NCBI GenBank assembly: GCA_040220235.1
Contig: JAVJTO010000104.1
Source of the DNA: Coleofasciculus sp. B1-GNL1-01
Lineage (GTDB): Bacteria > Cyanobacteriota > Cyanobacteriia > Cyanobacteriales > Coleofasciculaceae
DNA: 34,296 nt
Strand: one strand, 5' to 3'
Both the position numbers and the translations under genes were made by a program. The notes under the pieces were generated by a model, which was given only the letters and a program-made list of their open reading frames with translations, did not search any database and had not been told where the DNA came from. Shown here piece by piece: positions 24,521 through 34,137 of this stretch; the first letter of the stretch is position 1, and the number at the start of each line of letters is the position of its first letter.

Positions 24521-26809
24521 GTGAGTAAACGTGTCAAATTAAACCTAATCCCAGGCGATTTACACGACGGTTTTACCGCCGTCACTGTGCAGTTATCCAC
24601 AGATGATGACTACCAATCTATGCAAGTTACAGGCAGTTTACCCCCAGCGCCGGAAATTGAACAGCTTTACCGACGCTGGCAATTACTCTATCAGGCACTT
24701 TCGCAACGGTTGTCTCGGTCAAGGCGGATTGAATTTGAAACCCAAACCCATGATGTGATTCAGGTGTCTGAGGTGGAATTCCAGCAATTGTGTCAGCAAT
24801 TGCAAACCTTACTAAATACGTGGTTGAATTCCCAGGAATTCCGTCCCATTGACCAAAAATTGCGCCGGGAATTAAATCCTAGGGATGAAATTCAGGTGAT
24901 TGTGGAAACCAATGATGATGTATTGCGGCGTCTTCCTTGGCATTTATGGGAGTTTTTTGAGGATTATCCTGGTGCAGAATTAGCCGTGAGTGCGTTAGAC
25001 TATGCGCCGATTAAACCTACCCCCCGTACTCGCTGGGGAATCGTGAGAATTTTAGCGGTTTTGGGTCATAGTGCGGGTATTGATATTCAGACCGATCGCC
25101 GGGTTTTAGAGAGGTTACCGGGTGTCGAGTTGGTGTTTTTACAAGAACCCAGACGCCGACAGTTAGATGAGTATCTTTGGGATAAAAAAGGTTGGGATAT
25201 TCTCTTTTTTGCGGGTCATAGTCAAACTGAGGGAGAAACAGGACGAATTTCGATTAATCCCCAAGACAGTTTAACCATTCCCCAATTAAAACACGCCCTG
25301 AGACATGCGATCGCGGCTGGGTTGCAGTTGGCGATTTTTAATTCCTGTGATGGGTTGGGATTGGCGCGACAGTTGGCGGATTTGCAGATTCCTTATATTA
25401 CGGTGATGCGGGAACCTGTACCCGATGGGGTGGCGCAGGCGTTTTTGCAGCATTTTTTAGCCAGTTTTGCTAGGGAACCGATATCCCTGCATTTAGCGGT
25501 ACGACAGGCGCGAGAACGGTTAGAATGTCTGGAGGATGAATGTCCTTGTGCTTGCTGGCTACCTGTAATTGGTCAAAATCCGGCGGCTAAACCGTTAACG
25601 TGGCAACAGTTACGGGGAAGAGAACGGCGGCGATTCCACGTCCCCTTGATGGCGAGTGCGATCGCAACAGTATTCGTGATTGGGATGCGATCGCTAGGAT
25701 GGCTGCAAATCATAGAATTACAGGCGTTGGATCAGCTAATCCGGCTGCGATCGGATGAAGGGATAGACTCACGGCTGTTGGTGGTGGAAGGAACGGAGGA
25801 GGATGTAAATCGCTATGGCTATCCCCTACCGGATGGAATTTTAGCCGACGTGATTGAAAAGTTAGAGGAGAATCAACCGCGAGTTTTAGGGTTAGATATT
25901 TTTCGCGATCGCCCCGTAAAAACAGGTCATGCGGCGTTGATGCGCCAGTTTCAGCAGAATCACCGTTTAATTGGATTGTGCAGTGTCAGGGAAGCGAATA
26001 ATCCCAACAAACCCACGATCGCACCGCCACCGGGATTGTCCCCGGATCGCCTGGGGTATAGTGATTTGGTGGTAGATCCCGATGGGATAATTCGCCGTCA
26101 TTTGATGTTCATGCAACCCAGTCTTAATGATGCTTGCGCCACGAACTATTCCCTGAGTGTACGGTTAGCATTGCGGTATTTAGCGGTGGAGGGGATTGAA
26201 CCACGAAACCTGGATCGAGAACGGGTGCAAGTAGGAAACGTGGTATTTAAGGATTTTCAGGGTAATATTGGCGCTTACCATCGCCTAGATACGCGGGGAT
26301 TCCAGGTATTGCTGAATTATCGGGATGCTAAAGATGTCGCCCATCGGGTTAGTGTTACCCAGGTGTTACAGGGTCAAGTGAATCCGGATTGGGCGAAGGA
26401 TAAGGTTATTTTAATTGGTATGAGTGCGCCAACGGCGTCTGATGAATTCTTTACTCCTTATAGCGCCAGTGAATTACCCTATCGGAAAATGCCAGGGGTG
26501 GTTGTGCAAGCGCAGATGGTGAGTCAAATTCTCAGCGCGGTACTCGATGAACGTCCTTTATTATGGGTGTTACCCACTTGGGGGGAATGGATGTGGATTT
26601 GGGTGGGGTCAGGGGTAGCGGGGATAATGGTATGGCGCTGGCGTCACAGCGTTTATGGGAGACTGGTTACTGTGGGTGCGATCGCGGTTTTATATGTTGC
26701 CTGTTTCGGGGTATTGATAGTAGGGGGATGGATGCCTTTGATGCCATCGGCGTTAGCATTGATATTCACTGGAAGTCTGATCATTGCCTATAGTCAACTA
26801 CATGGATAA
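24521..26809 (+). CDS. CHAT (caspase-like) domain plus CHASE2 extracellular sensor membrane protein
   Basis: LRRLPWHLW, FFAGHS (His), IFNSCDG (Cys), MREPVPD, WLPV. TM followed by CHASE2 (DSRLLVV, PRVLGLDIFRD, D.DGIIRR, KVILIG, MPGVVVQAQMVSQIL) and three C-terminal TMs. GTG start chosen. Confidence 0.9.
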   Translation: MSKRVKLNLIPGDLHDGFTAVTVQLSTDDDYQSMQVTGSLPPAPEIEQLYRRWQLLYQALSQRLSRSRRIEFETQTHDVIQVSEVEFQQLCQQLQTLLNTWLNSQEFRPIDQKLRRELNPRDEIQVIVETNDDVLRRLPWHLWEFFEDYPGAELAVSALDYAPIKPTPRTRWGIVRILAVLGHSAGIDIQTDRRVLERLPGVELVFLQEPRRRQLDEYLWDKKGWDILFFAGHSQTEGETGRISINPQDSLTIPQLKHALRHAIAAGLQLAIFNSCDGLGLARQLADLQIPYITVMREPVPDGVAQAFLQHFLASFAREPISLHLAVRQARERLECLEDECPCACWLPVIGQNPAAKPLTWQQLRGRERRRFHVPLMASAIATVFVIGMRSLGWLQIIELQALDQLIRLRSDEGIDSRLLVVEGTEEDVNRYGYPLPDGILADVIEKLEENQPRVLGLDIFRDRPVKTGHAALMRQFQQNHRLIGLCSVREANNPNKPTIAPPPGLSPDRLGYSDLVVDPDGIIRRHLMFMQPSLNDACATNYSLSVRLALRYLAVEGIEPRNLDRERVQVGNVVFKDFQGNIGAYHRLDTRGFQVLLNYRDAKDVAHRVSVTQVLQGQVNPDWAKDKVILIGMSAPTASDEFFTPYSASELPYRKMPGVVVQAQMVSQILSAVLDERPLLWVLPTWGEWMWIWVGSGVAGIMVWRWRHSVYGRLVTVGAIAVLYVACFGVLIVGGWMPLMPSALALIFTGSLIIAYSQLHG

Positions 26810-27204
26810 GCCAGTAGGGTTTGTAGTCAGGGAACTTTAGCCCTATATTCGGTTGGGTTTTCTGGCGCCAACCCAACCTACAACCTATTCCACCATTTTA
26901 GCTGTGCCACGCCATTAGATTGTGAATTATCGAATCCTTGCAGATCGGTTATTTGAGTCCTTTAATTGGCAAACCAAGCCAGCAAAACCGGATTAAATGG
27001 ACGCCAAGGAATCAGTGTATCTGGAAATCAATTTATTGCCCTTGTAGCATAAATAAATGCCCTATACTAACCTTTGGACGAAATGCTAACGTCAGTGGCA
27101 ACTGACAAAGGTTAACAGGTGATTATTTCCACTCAATGGGTAATAACTTGGAGATAAGCACCTGAGTTCACAATGAGATGCTTCACTTGAACCAGGACAA
27201 CTCT

Positions 27205-27969
27205 ATGAAACCGTGGCAAACTCAGCCTATTCTGCTAACGTGCGCTTTGAATTTAGCCCTATTTAGTCTTAGCAGCCGTACTCTAGCACAGACCAGTTTT
27301 CGTGCAGATAAGTTCCCTCCATCCCAAGAGATATTAGAATTTGAACCGCCTCCCGATGGCGCACCCGGCGATCGCCAAAATTCCGGTAGTCGTCCAGGTT
27401 GTCCTCACGTTCAAAAGCCGTTTATGGCGTTGGTTCCAGCGACGAATTTGGGTATTACTGTTGCTGAATATCCTACCTTTTGGCTATATGTTCCCTATCC
27501 GTCGGGTTGTATGGAGTTGGTGTTGGAAGATGAAATAACCAAACGAACCGTTTATAAAACTCAGTTTCAAATAACTAAGGCTTCAGGAATTATCAGTTTC
27601 CGTATTCCTCAAACTGCACCAGGATTAGAGATTAACAAAAAGTACCGTTGGCGGTTCTTTTTTTTCGGCAATTCGGCTAGTCATGCCGACTTCATGGCGG
27701 TGAATGGCGTGGTTAAGCGACGTTTAATCGATAAAACGCTACAACGTCAATTAAAACGATTATCTCCCTTACAGCGAGTTAAGCTTTACGCCAAGAATGG
27801 AATTTGGCACGAGGCTTTAACTGAACTCGCTAAATTGCGCTTAATCTATCCCCAAGCCAATGAAATTATTACCGCTTGGACAGATTTATTACAGCATCCA
27901 TTGGTACGTCTGGATGAGTTAATTTTAGAACCGTTCGCCTTTTGTACATCAGCGCGATCGCGTGCTTAG
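27205..27969 (+). CDS. DUF928 domain exported protein
   Basis: Signal peptide; F.PPP.G.PG.R..SGSR..C, ALVP, T..EYPTFWLYVPY, GIISF, YRW, YA.NGIWHEAL, W..LL. Confidence 0.88.
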   Translation: MKPWQTQPILLTCALNLALFSLSSRTLAQTSFRADKFPPSQEILEFEPPPDGAPGDRQNSGSRPGCPHVQKPFMALVPATNLGITVAEYPTFWLYVPYPSGCMELVLEDEITKRTVYKTQFQITKASGIISFRIPQTAPGLEINKKYRWRFFFFGNSASHADFMAVNGVVKRRLIDKTLQRQLKRLSPLQRVKLYAKNGIWHEALTELAKLRLIYPQANEIITAWTDLLQHPLVRLDELILEPFAFCTSARSRA

Positions 27970-27983
27970 TTAGGTACACAGAC

Positions 27984-28016
27984 AGATCCCCGACTTCTTC
28001 AAGAAGTCAGGGATCT
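27984..28016. repeat. Palindromic cyanobacterial intergenic repeat
   Basis: AGATCCCCGACTTCTT-C-AAGAAGTCAGGGATCT. Confidence 0.75.
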
Positions 28017-28053
28017 TAGACGCCAAATCCTACAACTGAACCAATCCAGACTT

Positions 28054-31000
28054 ATGACTCAAAAGCCAAGTCAATTATTGTCACAACCGACAAGTACAGA
28101 AGCGAGTAAGTCTCAGATAATCGGACTACTCGAAATTGTTATTATTCCGCCATGGGTGAAGCGTTTTGTCGCCTATCTTTTCTCTCGGATTTTCAGGTTT
28201 TGTTTAAACCGATTTAGAACCCCACGAAAATCGGCAAACTATCCCCCTAAAAACCCTGTCTCCAAGAAACATACGTTTGCCTATTCTTCTCTGGGACAAT
28301 ATCAGCCAGCTATTGAATTTTATCAGCTATCCCTAGCGACGGTACGAAAAATTAGTGCCTACTCAGAGAAATGTTTTTCCTTAAATACGAAAGGACAGAA
28401 AGACGTTTTCTGGGAGCAATATCAGCAATCTTCGACAAGTTTACGAAAAATCACTCATCGCTATCAAGAGGCTATCTGTCTATCTAATCAAGGTAAGACT
28501 TATTTTTCTCTAGAACAATACCCGCAGGCAATTAAATCTTGCCAAGCCGCCTTAGATATATTTCGAGAAATTAGCGATCGCGCTCAAATAGCGGCATCCT
28601 TATCCAGTCTGGGCAAGGCGTATTTGGCTTTGAAACAATACCCCCAGGCAATTGACTGTTTTCAGCAATCCTTAGAACTGTTTCAGAAACTCGAATCTTG
28701 TTGGGATCAAGCGGTGTCTCTATACAATCTAGGAAAGGCTTATAGTTCTTTAGATGATTATCAGTCAGCCATTCAGTCTTTCCAAGACGCTTTAAAATCT
28801 TTCCAAGACATTAATCATGATTCTGGGGAAGCGGCTTGTCGATATAATCTGGGTAAGATTTACCTTTCGGGGGAACAATACCAACCAGCGATTGAGTCGT
28901 TTCAGCAATCCTTAGCAATTTTCCAAAACATTGGTCATCGTAAAGTCGCGTCTTGTTTGTACTACCTAGGTAAAGCTTATCTTTGTTGTGAACAGTACCA
29001 GCCAGCGATTCGGTTTTTTCAACAATCCTTAGTAATTTTCCGAAAAATTAGAAATCACTCAAGACTCGCCTATTGTTTATATTACATGGGCAAAGCTTAT
29101 CTAGAGTTGGATCACTACCAACAAGCCATTGACTCTCTGCAAAAATCCTTGGTCATTTCCCGCAAAATTGGCAATAACTATGGAGAAGCCGCTGCTTTGA
29201 GTAGTCTGGGCAAGGTTTATCTTGCTTTGGATCAATACCCAAAAGCAATTGAGGCGTTTCAACAATCACTAATGATTTCTCGGAAACTCAGTCACCCCTC
29301 AAAAACTGCCTCTGCTTTATCTAACTTGGGCAATGTTTACAGTTTCCTCGGACAAGCCCAGCTAGGAATTCAACGTTATCAAGAATCGTTGAGCATTTGC
29401 CGGGAAACGAATGATCAAGCGGGGGAAGCGAATGCTTTAGGGAATCTAGGTAATGCCTACTTTTTACTTCAACAATACCAGCAGGCAATTGAGTTCTATC
29501 AGCAGTCTTTAGCCATCGCCAAAAAGATAGAATTTCGTTCAGGAATAGCCAATTCCTTCTATAATTTAGGGAATGCCTATTTTTGCCAACAACGCTACAA
29601 GCAAGCGATTGAGTTTTACCAGCAATCGTTGACAATTGCACGAGAGATTGGGACTCGTTCTGGAGAAGCCCGTTCCTTGAATAGTTTGGGCAATAGTTAT
29701 GACGCGATCGCGCAGTATAATCTGGCAATTGAGTGTCATCAGCAATCCTTAGCCATTATCCAGAAAATTGGTCTTCGTTGCCAAGAAGCTATGTTTTTAA
29801 ACAATTTGGGTGTTACCCTATTTAAAGCGGGTAATCTTACCTCTGCTCAAACTCATCTTGTCTCATCACTAGAAATTTACGAATCCTTGCGTGTGGGATT
29901 AAATCATCCAGATAAAGTATCAATGGTTGAAACTCAGCGAAGTCCCTACCAGACATTACAACGGGTTCTGATCGCGCAGAATAAACCCCATGAAGCCTTG
30001 GAAATTGCTGAACGGGGACGGGCAAGGGTATTTGTAGAATTATTAGCAACTCGTTTATCTACTCAGTCAAATGTTCACCCTTCGATTACACCACCTACCA
30101 GCCAAAATATTCAACAGATTGCCAAAGCGCAAAATGCTACAGTGGTTGAATATTCGCTAATTCGATTTAAGCATGATGATCAATCTAGACTCTATATTTG
30201 GGTCATTCAACCCACGGGTAAAATCGCCTTTCGCCAAGTTGATATTACATCCTTGGATACGCCTCTAAAACACTTGATTCCCCATACTCGTCAATCCATC
30301 GGTGTCAGATGTTGCGGTCAAACCCAAACCTTTATTCCGGGTGATTGGGTCAGATTAAACAGTGATGCGGCGGATTATCAACCCTGGGAAGTCATCGCCG
30401 TGAATTCCCAAAGCAAGACTCTGATTATCCGTCAACCGTCTTGGGAAGAGGGTATTATCATTGAACGTCCCATCAGCGATGTTGTGGATAAAGCCGCCGA
30501 TAATCGTGCCTACTATTCTCACTTACAACAACTTCATAAATTACTGATTGAACCCATTGCCAACCTTCTGCCCACAAATCCCGAATCTCGCGTTATTTTT
30601 ATCCCCCATCAAGAACTATTTCTGGTTCCTTTTCCCGCCCTACAAGATGCTTCGGGGAAATACTTAATCGAAACACATACTATCCTTACCGCCCCAGCGA
30701 TTCAAGTTCTTGATTTAACCCATAAACAACGCCAACGAGTTGGGAAGGGAAATGTATTAGTTGTGGGTAATCCTACCATGCCAGAGATGCCCTTGATACC
30801 TGGCGATCACCCTTTACCCTTAGCCTCTCTTCCCCACGCCCAACGGGAAGCCGAAGCCATCGCCCAACTGTTCAATACCCAAGCCCTCACTGGAAACCAA
30901 GCCAGTAAAATTACCGTGGTTGAGAATATGGCAAACGCCCGGATTATTCACCTAGCCACCCATGGCATACTCGATGAAATCTGGGGATTAGGGAGTGCGA

Positions 31001-31362
31001 TCGCATTAGCCCCTTCTACTAACGATAACGGCTTACTTACGGCAGATGAAATTCTCACCATGAACCTCAACGCCGAATTGGTTGTCCTCAGCGCCTGCAA
31101 TACGGGTCAAGGTCGAATTACCGGGGATGGGGTCATCGGTTTATCCCGCTCCCTGATTTCAGCAGGTGTACCCAGTGTGATTGTATCCCTGTGGACAGTG
31201 CCAGATGCCCCCACAGCCTCCCTGATGCAGGAATTTTATCAAAATCTACAAAACAATCCTGACAAAGCCCAAGCGCTGCGACAAGCCATGCTGACGACAA
31301 TAGAAAAACATCCTCATCCCAGAGACTGGGCAGCTTTTACACTGATTGGAGAAGCCGAATAA
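28054..31362 (+). CDS. TPR-repeat plus CHAT (caspase HetF-associated) protease
   Basis: About a dozen 40-aa TPR units (LGNAY..L.QY.QAIEFYQQSL.I). ALEIAERGRAR, IPHQEL..VPF.AL, HLATHG (His), LVVLSACNTG (Cys), SLW.V.D, DWAAF.LIG. Confidence 0.93.
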   Translation: MTQKPSQLLSQPTSTEASKSQIIGLLEIVIIPPWVKRFVAYLFSRIFRFCLNRFRTPRKSANYPPKNPVSKKHTFAYSSLGQYQPAIEFYQLSLATVRKISAYSEKCFSLNTKGQKDVFWEQYQQSSTSLRKITHRYQEAICLSNQGKTYFSLEQYPQAIKSCQAALDIFREISDRAQIAASLSSLGKAYLALKQYPQAIDCFQQSLELFQKLESCWDQAVSLYNLGKAYSSLDDYQSAIQSFQDALKSFQDINHDSGEAACRYNLGKIYLSGEQYQPAIESFQQSLAIFQNIGHRKVASCLYYLGKAYLCCEQYQPAIRFFQQSLVIFRKIRNHSRLAYCLYYMGKAYLELDHYQQAIDSLQKSLVISRKIGNNYGEAAALSSLGKVYLALDQYPKAIEAFQQSLMISRKLSHPSKTASALSNLGNVYSFLGQAQLGIQRYQESLSICRETNDQAGEANALGNLGNAYFLLQQYQQAIEFYQQSLAIAKKIEFRSGIANSFYNLGNAYFCQQRYKQAIEFYQQSLTIAREIGTRSGEARSLNSLGNSYDAIAQYNLAIECHQQSLAIIQKIGLRCQEAMFLNNLGVTLFKAGNLTSAQTHLVSSLEIYESLRVGLNHPDKVSMVETQRSPYQTLQRVLIAQNKPHEALEIAERGRARVFVELLATRLSTQSNVHPSITPPTSQNIQQIAKAQNATVVEYSLIRFKHDDQSRLYIWVIQPTGKIAFRQVDITSLDTPLKHLIPHTRQSIGVRCCGQTQTFIPGDWVRLNSDAADYQPWEVIAVNSQSKTLIIRQPSWEEGIIIERPISDVVDKAADNRAYYSHLQQLHKLLIEPIANLLPTNPESRVIFIPHQELFLVPFPALQDASGKYLIETHTILTAPAIQVLDLTHKQRQRVGKGNVLVVGNPTMPEMPLIPGDHPLPLASLPHAQREAEAIAQLFNTQALTGNQASKITVVENMANARIIHLATHGILDEIWGLGSAIALAPSTNDNGLLTADEILTMNLNAELVVLSACNTGQGRITGDGVIGLSRSLISAGVPSVIVSLWTVPDAPTASLMQEFYQNLQNNPDKAQALRQAMLTTIEKHPHPRDWAAFTLIGEAE

Positions 31363-31434
31363 TGAGTTCACAGATATTTTTCCTCAAAAACTAAAACAAA
31401 AATACTAAAAAACAATGAAGTTTACCTAGAACTT

Positions 31435-32355
31435 TCAGGCTCCGGATAATGCTTTTTTCAATTGATTACAAGCGGCTTCAATCTTATCGATACTGCCGGG
31501 ATTGACTAACCCATAATAATCGAAAACATAAACGCGATCGCGTTGGGTGGCTTTAAGCTGATTCCAGAAGGGTTCAGATTTAAATTGTTCCACAATTCCT
31601 TGTCCTGTATCAACCACTAAAAGCACCTCTGGATTTGCCTCTAACACTTTTTCTGCCGAGAGGGTGACATAACCACCTACTGGACTTTTCCCTTGTAAGT
31701 CCGCCACGATATTTTTTGCCCCAAATTTCGTTAGCAAGTCACCCGCCCAACTATCTTTATTAGGAGCTAAAATCGGTTGACGACTGACGAGAACTAAGGT
31801 TGAGGGAGAGTCAGATACGGGTTCGCCTAAAAAGGTTTGATAACGGGTTAAGAGAGGGGCGGGATCTGCACCAATTGCTTCAGCCAAGGTGTTCGTAATT
31901 GTTTCTAAATCCTGCCATTTTTCAATTTGGGTTGTCAGCGTGGTAATTCCCAATTCTTGGAATTTAGGTAAGAGTTGGGCATGAAACTCGGCGTTGGCGA
32001 TCACTAAGTCGGGTTTAAGGGCGACAATTTTCTCTAAATTCGGTAAGGTTTGACCCTGACTCACTTTGGGAATCTCTTCAAATCGGGGATCTTGATTGAG
32101 TAATCGGCTACTTGTAGTGCCAACAAGTTTGGTTTGATCCAGTTGGTAAATAATATCGGAAGACAAAGAAGTGAGAGACACAACTCGTTCGGCTGTGTTT
32201 TGATTCGTATCTGCTGTAGGCGTTTGTTCTGTCGGGGTAGAGGTGCAAGCGACTAAGACTAAACTCAACAAAATACTAACAATAATGATTAGCAAATTTT
32301 GCAAGAAAACGAGTGCTGATTTTTGCGTTTTATTAGCGTGAACAAGAAGAGTCAT
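31435..32355 (-). CDS. Iron-siderophore/cobalamin-type ABC transporter substrate-binding lipoprotein
   Basis: Lipobox LVAC; RVVSLT, NLEKIVALKPDLVI, LSAEKVLEANPEV, W.QLKA....RVY. Confidence 0.88.
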   Translation of the reverse strand: MTLLVHANKTQKSALVFLQNLLIIIVSILLSLVLVACTSTPTEQTPTADTNQNTAERVVSLTSLSSDIIYQLDQTKLVGTTSSRLLNQDPRFEEIPKVSQGQTLPNLEKIVALKPDLVIANAEFHAQLLPKFQELGITTLTTQIEKWQDLETITNTLAEAIGADPAPLLTRYQTFLGEPVSDSPSTLVLVSRQPILAPNKDSWAGDLLTKFGAKNIVADLQGKSPVGGYVTLSAEKVLEANPEVLLVVDTGQGIVEQFKSEPFWNQLKATQRDRVYVFDYYGLVNPGSIDKIEAACNQLKKALSGA

Positions 32356-32377
32356 AATCCGTTTTTAGTTTTGAATG

Positions 32378-32438
32378 TGTAGGGGCGGGTTTCACGACTA
32401 TCGTTTACGAAAGCATCCAAATGTAACTAAACCCGCCC
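32378..32438. repeat. REP-like hairpin, same family as 24423..24484
   Basis: TGTAGGGGCGGGTTTCAC...CTAAACCCGCCC. Confidence 0.75.
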
Positions 32439-32482
32439 TGTCTGAATGCCAGAACTAAACCATTTGGCAAATGACAAAAAAC

Positions 32483-33265
32483 TCAAGTGACACAGGGCGC
32501 AACCGGACAAATTTGCAAACCCACAGGCGTCTGAATCACAATCACCTCCACATCAAAAACTTGGGCGAGATTGTCCGGAGTAATCACATCTACTGGGGTG
32601 CCAATATGCCAAAGACGCCCTTGTTTAAGCATGGCGATGCGATCGCTATACCGCGTGGCTAGATTCACCTCATGCAGTACCGTCACAATTGATAACCCTT
32701 GCTGCTGATTCAGATATTTGAGCAGTTCTAGTAATTGTAGCTGATAGTGAATATCCAGATAAGTCGTTGGTTCATCCAACAATAGCACCTGGGGATCTTG
32801 TGCCAGCGCCAACGCCAAAAAAGCCCGTTGGCGTTCCCCACCAGAGAGGAGTTCCACTGGGCGATCGCGAAAGGCTTCAATCCCCGTCTCGGCAATCGCG
32901 GCGTCTACCTTTTGCCCATCTTCGCGATCCAGTTCCCATTGCCACCAAGGTTGATGAGGTGTGCGCCCCAAACTGACTAATTGCTGTACCGTTAATCCAG
33001 CCGGAATGGCTTGTTGTTGGGGCAAAATTGCCAGTTTTTGGGCAACAATCTGAGGCGGTTGCGTGTGAATGTCCTTCCCATCGAGGATAACGGTTCCCCT
33101 TTGCGGTTGTAAGATACGACAAAGGAGTTTAAGTAACGTAGATTTACCCGAACCATTGGCACCAATTAAACTCAGCCACTCACCCGTTTTTACAGCGAAA
33201 TTAATATCCTGAATAATCGCTGTACTTCCATAACCACCCGCCAATTTTTTTGCTTCAATAGGCAT
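32483..33265 (-). CDS. Iron-complex ABC transporter ATP-binding protein (FecE/FhuC-like)
   Basis: GANGSGKST, LSGGERQRA, LLLDEPTTYLD..YQ, VLHEVNLA.RYSD. Confidence 0.93.
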   Translation of the reverse strand: MPIEAKKLAGGYGSTAIIQDINFAVKTGEWLSLIGANGSGKSTLLKLLCRILQPQRGTVILDGKDIHTQPPQIVAQKLAILPQQQAIPAGLTVQQLVSLGRTPHQPWWQWELDREDGQKVDAAIAETGIEAFRDRPVELLSGGERQRAFLALALAQDPQVLLLDEPTTYLDIHYQLQLLELLKYLNQQQGLSIVTVLHEVNLATRYSDRIAMLKQGRLWHIGTPVDVITPDNLAQVFDVEVIVIQTPVGLQICPVAPCVT

Positions 33266-33303
33266 TTTGAAACGTTTTGAGTTTTAAAATGACAAATAAC
33301 TGA

Positions 33304-34137
33304 TCAACGTCTAGATAGTGTAGAGCCACGAGAAAGCAACCAAACAAACAAAGGCGAACCTAACAACGCCGTAACTGACCCCACAGGTAATTCTATCGCC
33401 CCTAAACGGGAAAGCAGATCCGCCAACGTTAACACAAAAGCCCCACCAATGGCGGAAAGGGGGAGAACCCAACGATAATCATTACCCACCAATAACCGTA
33501 CACCATGGGGGACAATCAAACCGACAAATCCAATCAAACCGCCCACACTCACTGCCCCCGCAGCGAGTAAGGTAGCGACGCCACCAATCAAAAGACGCGA
33601 TCGCATCAAGGAAACCCCTAAGCCTACAGCGAGATCATCACCCAAATTGAGGATATTGAGCGATCGCGCCAGCAGACAACCCCCCAACAACGCCACGCCT
33701 ATGTAGGGACCCGCCACCGTGACTTCCGCCCATCCTCGCCCATTGAGACTACCAATCAGCCAGTTTAGGGCGGCTTGTATCCGACCATCATCAGCTAACA
33801 ACAATAGCGTGGATTGAATCGCACCAAACAACGCACTCACCGCCACACCGCCTAAAATTAACCGTTCCACTGAAACAGTTTTATTCGTGCGGGCAATAAA
33901 ATAGACAATAAAGGTTGTGAGAATCGCCCCCACCCACGCCGCCAACGGTAACCAAGCTTGAAACAATCCCAACGTCACCAAACCCACCGCCACCAAACCC
34001 GCCCCCGCCGAAATCCCCAGTAAAAAGGGATCAGCTAATCCATTGCGTAACATACCTTGGAGTAAAGCCCCCGACATCCCCAACGCTGAACCAACAATTA
34101 ACCCCGCCAGGGTTCGAGGTAAGCGGATATCCCATAA
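33304..34137 (-). pseudogene. FecCD/BtuC-family permease, 5'-truncated
   Basis: Frame runs back to LWDIRLPRTLAGLIVGSALGMSGALLQG..RN.LADP, then meets a TAA and tnpB sequence. The N-terminal TM helix and start codon are missing. Confidence 0.8.

Noticed and set aside
26898..27052. Possible additional MITE between CHAT-CHASE2 and DUF928
   Set aside because: Terminal inverted similarity is too weak to call.
28480..29830. Regular ~120-bp periodicity resembling a repeat array
   Set aside because: Explained by coding TPR units; not CRISPR. No CRISPR array, tRNA or rRNA was found in the window.
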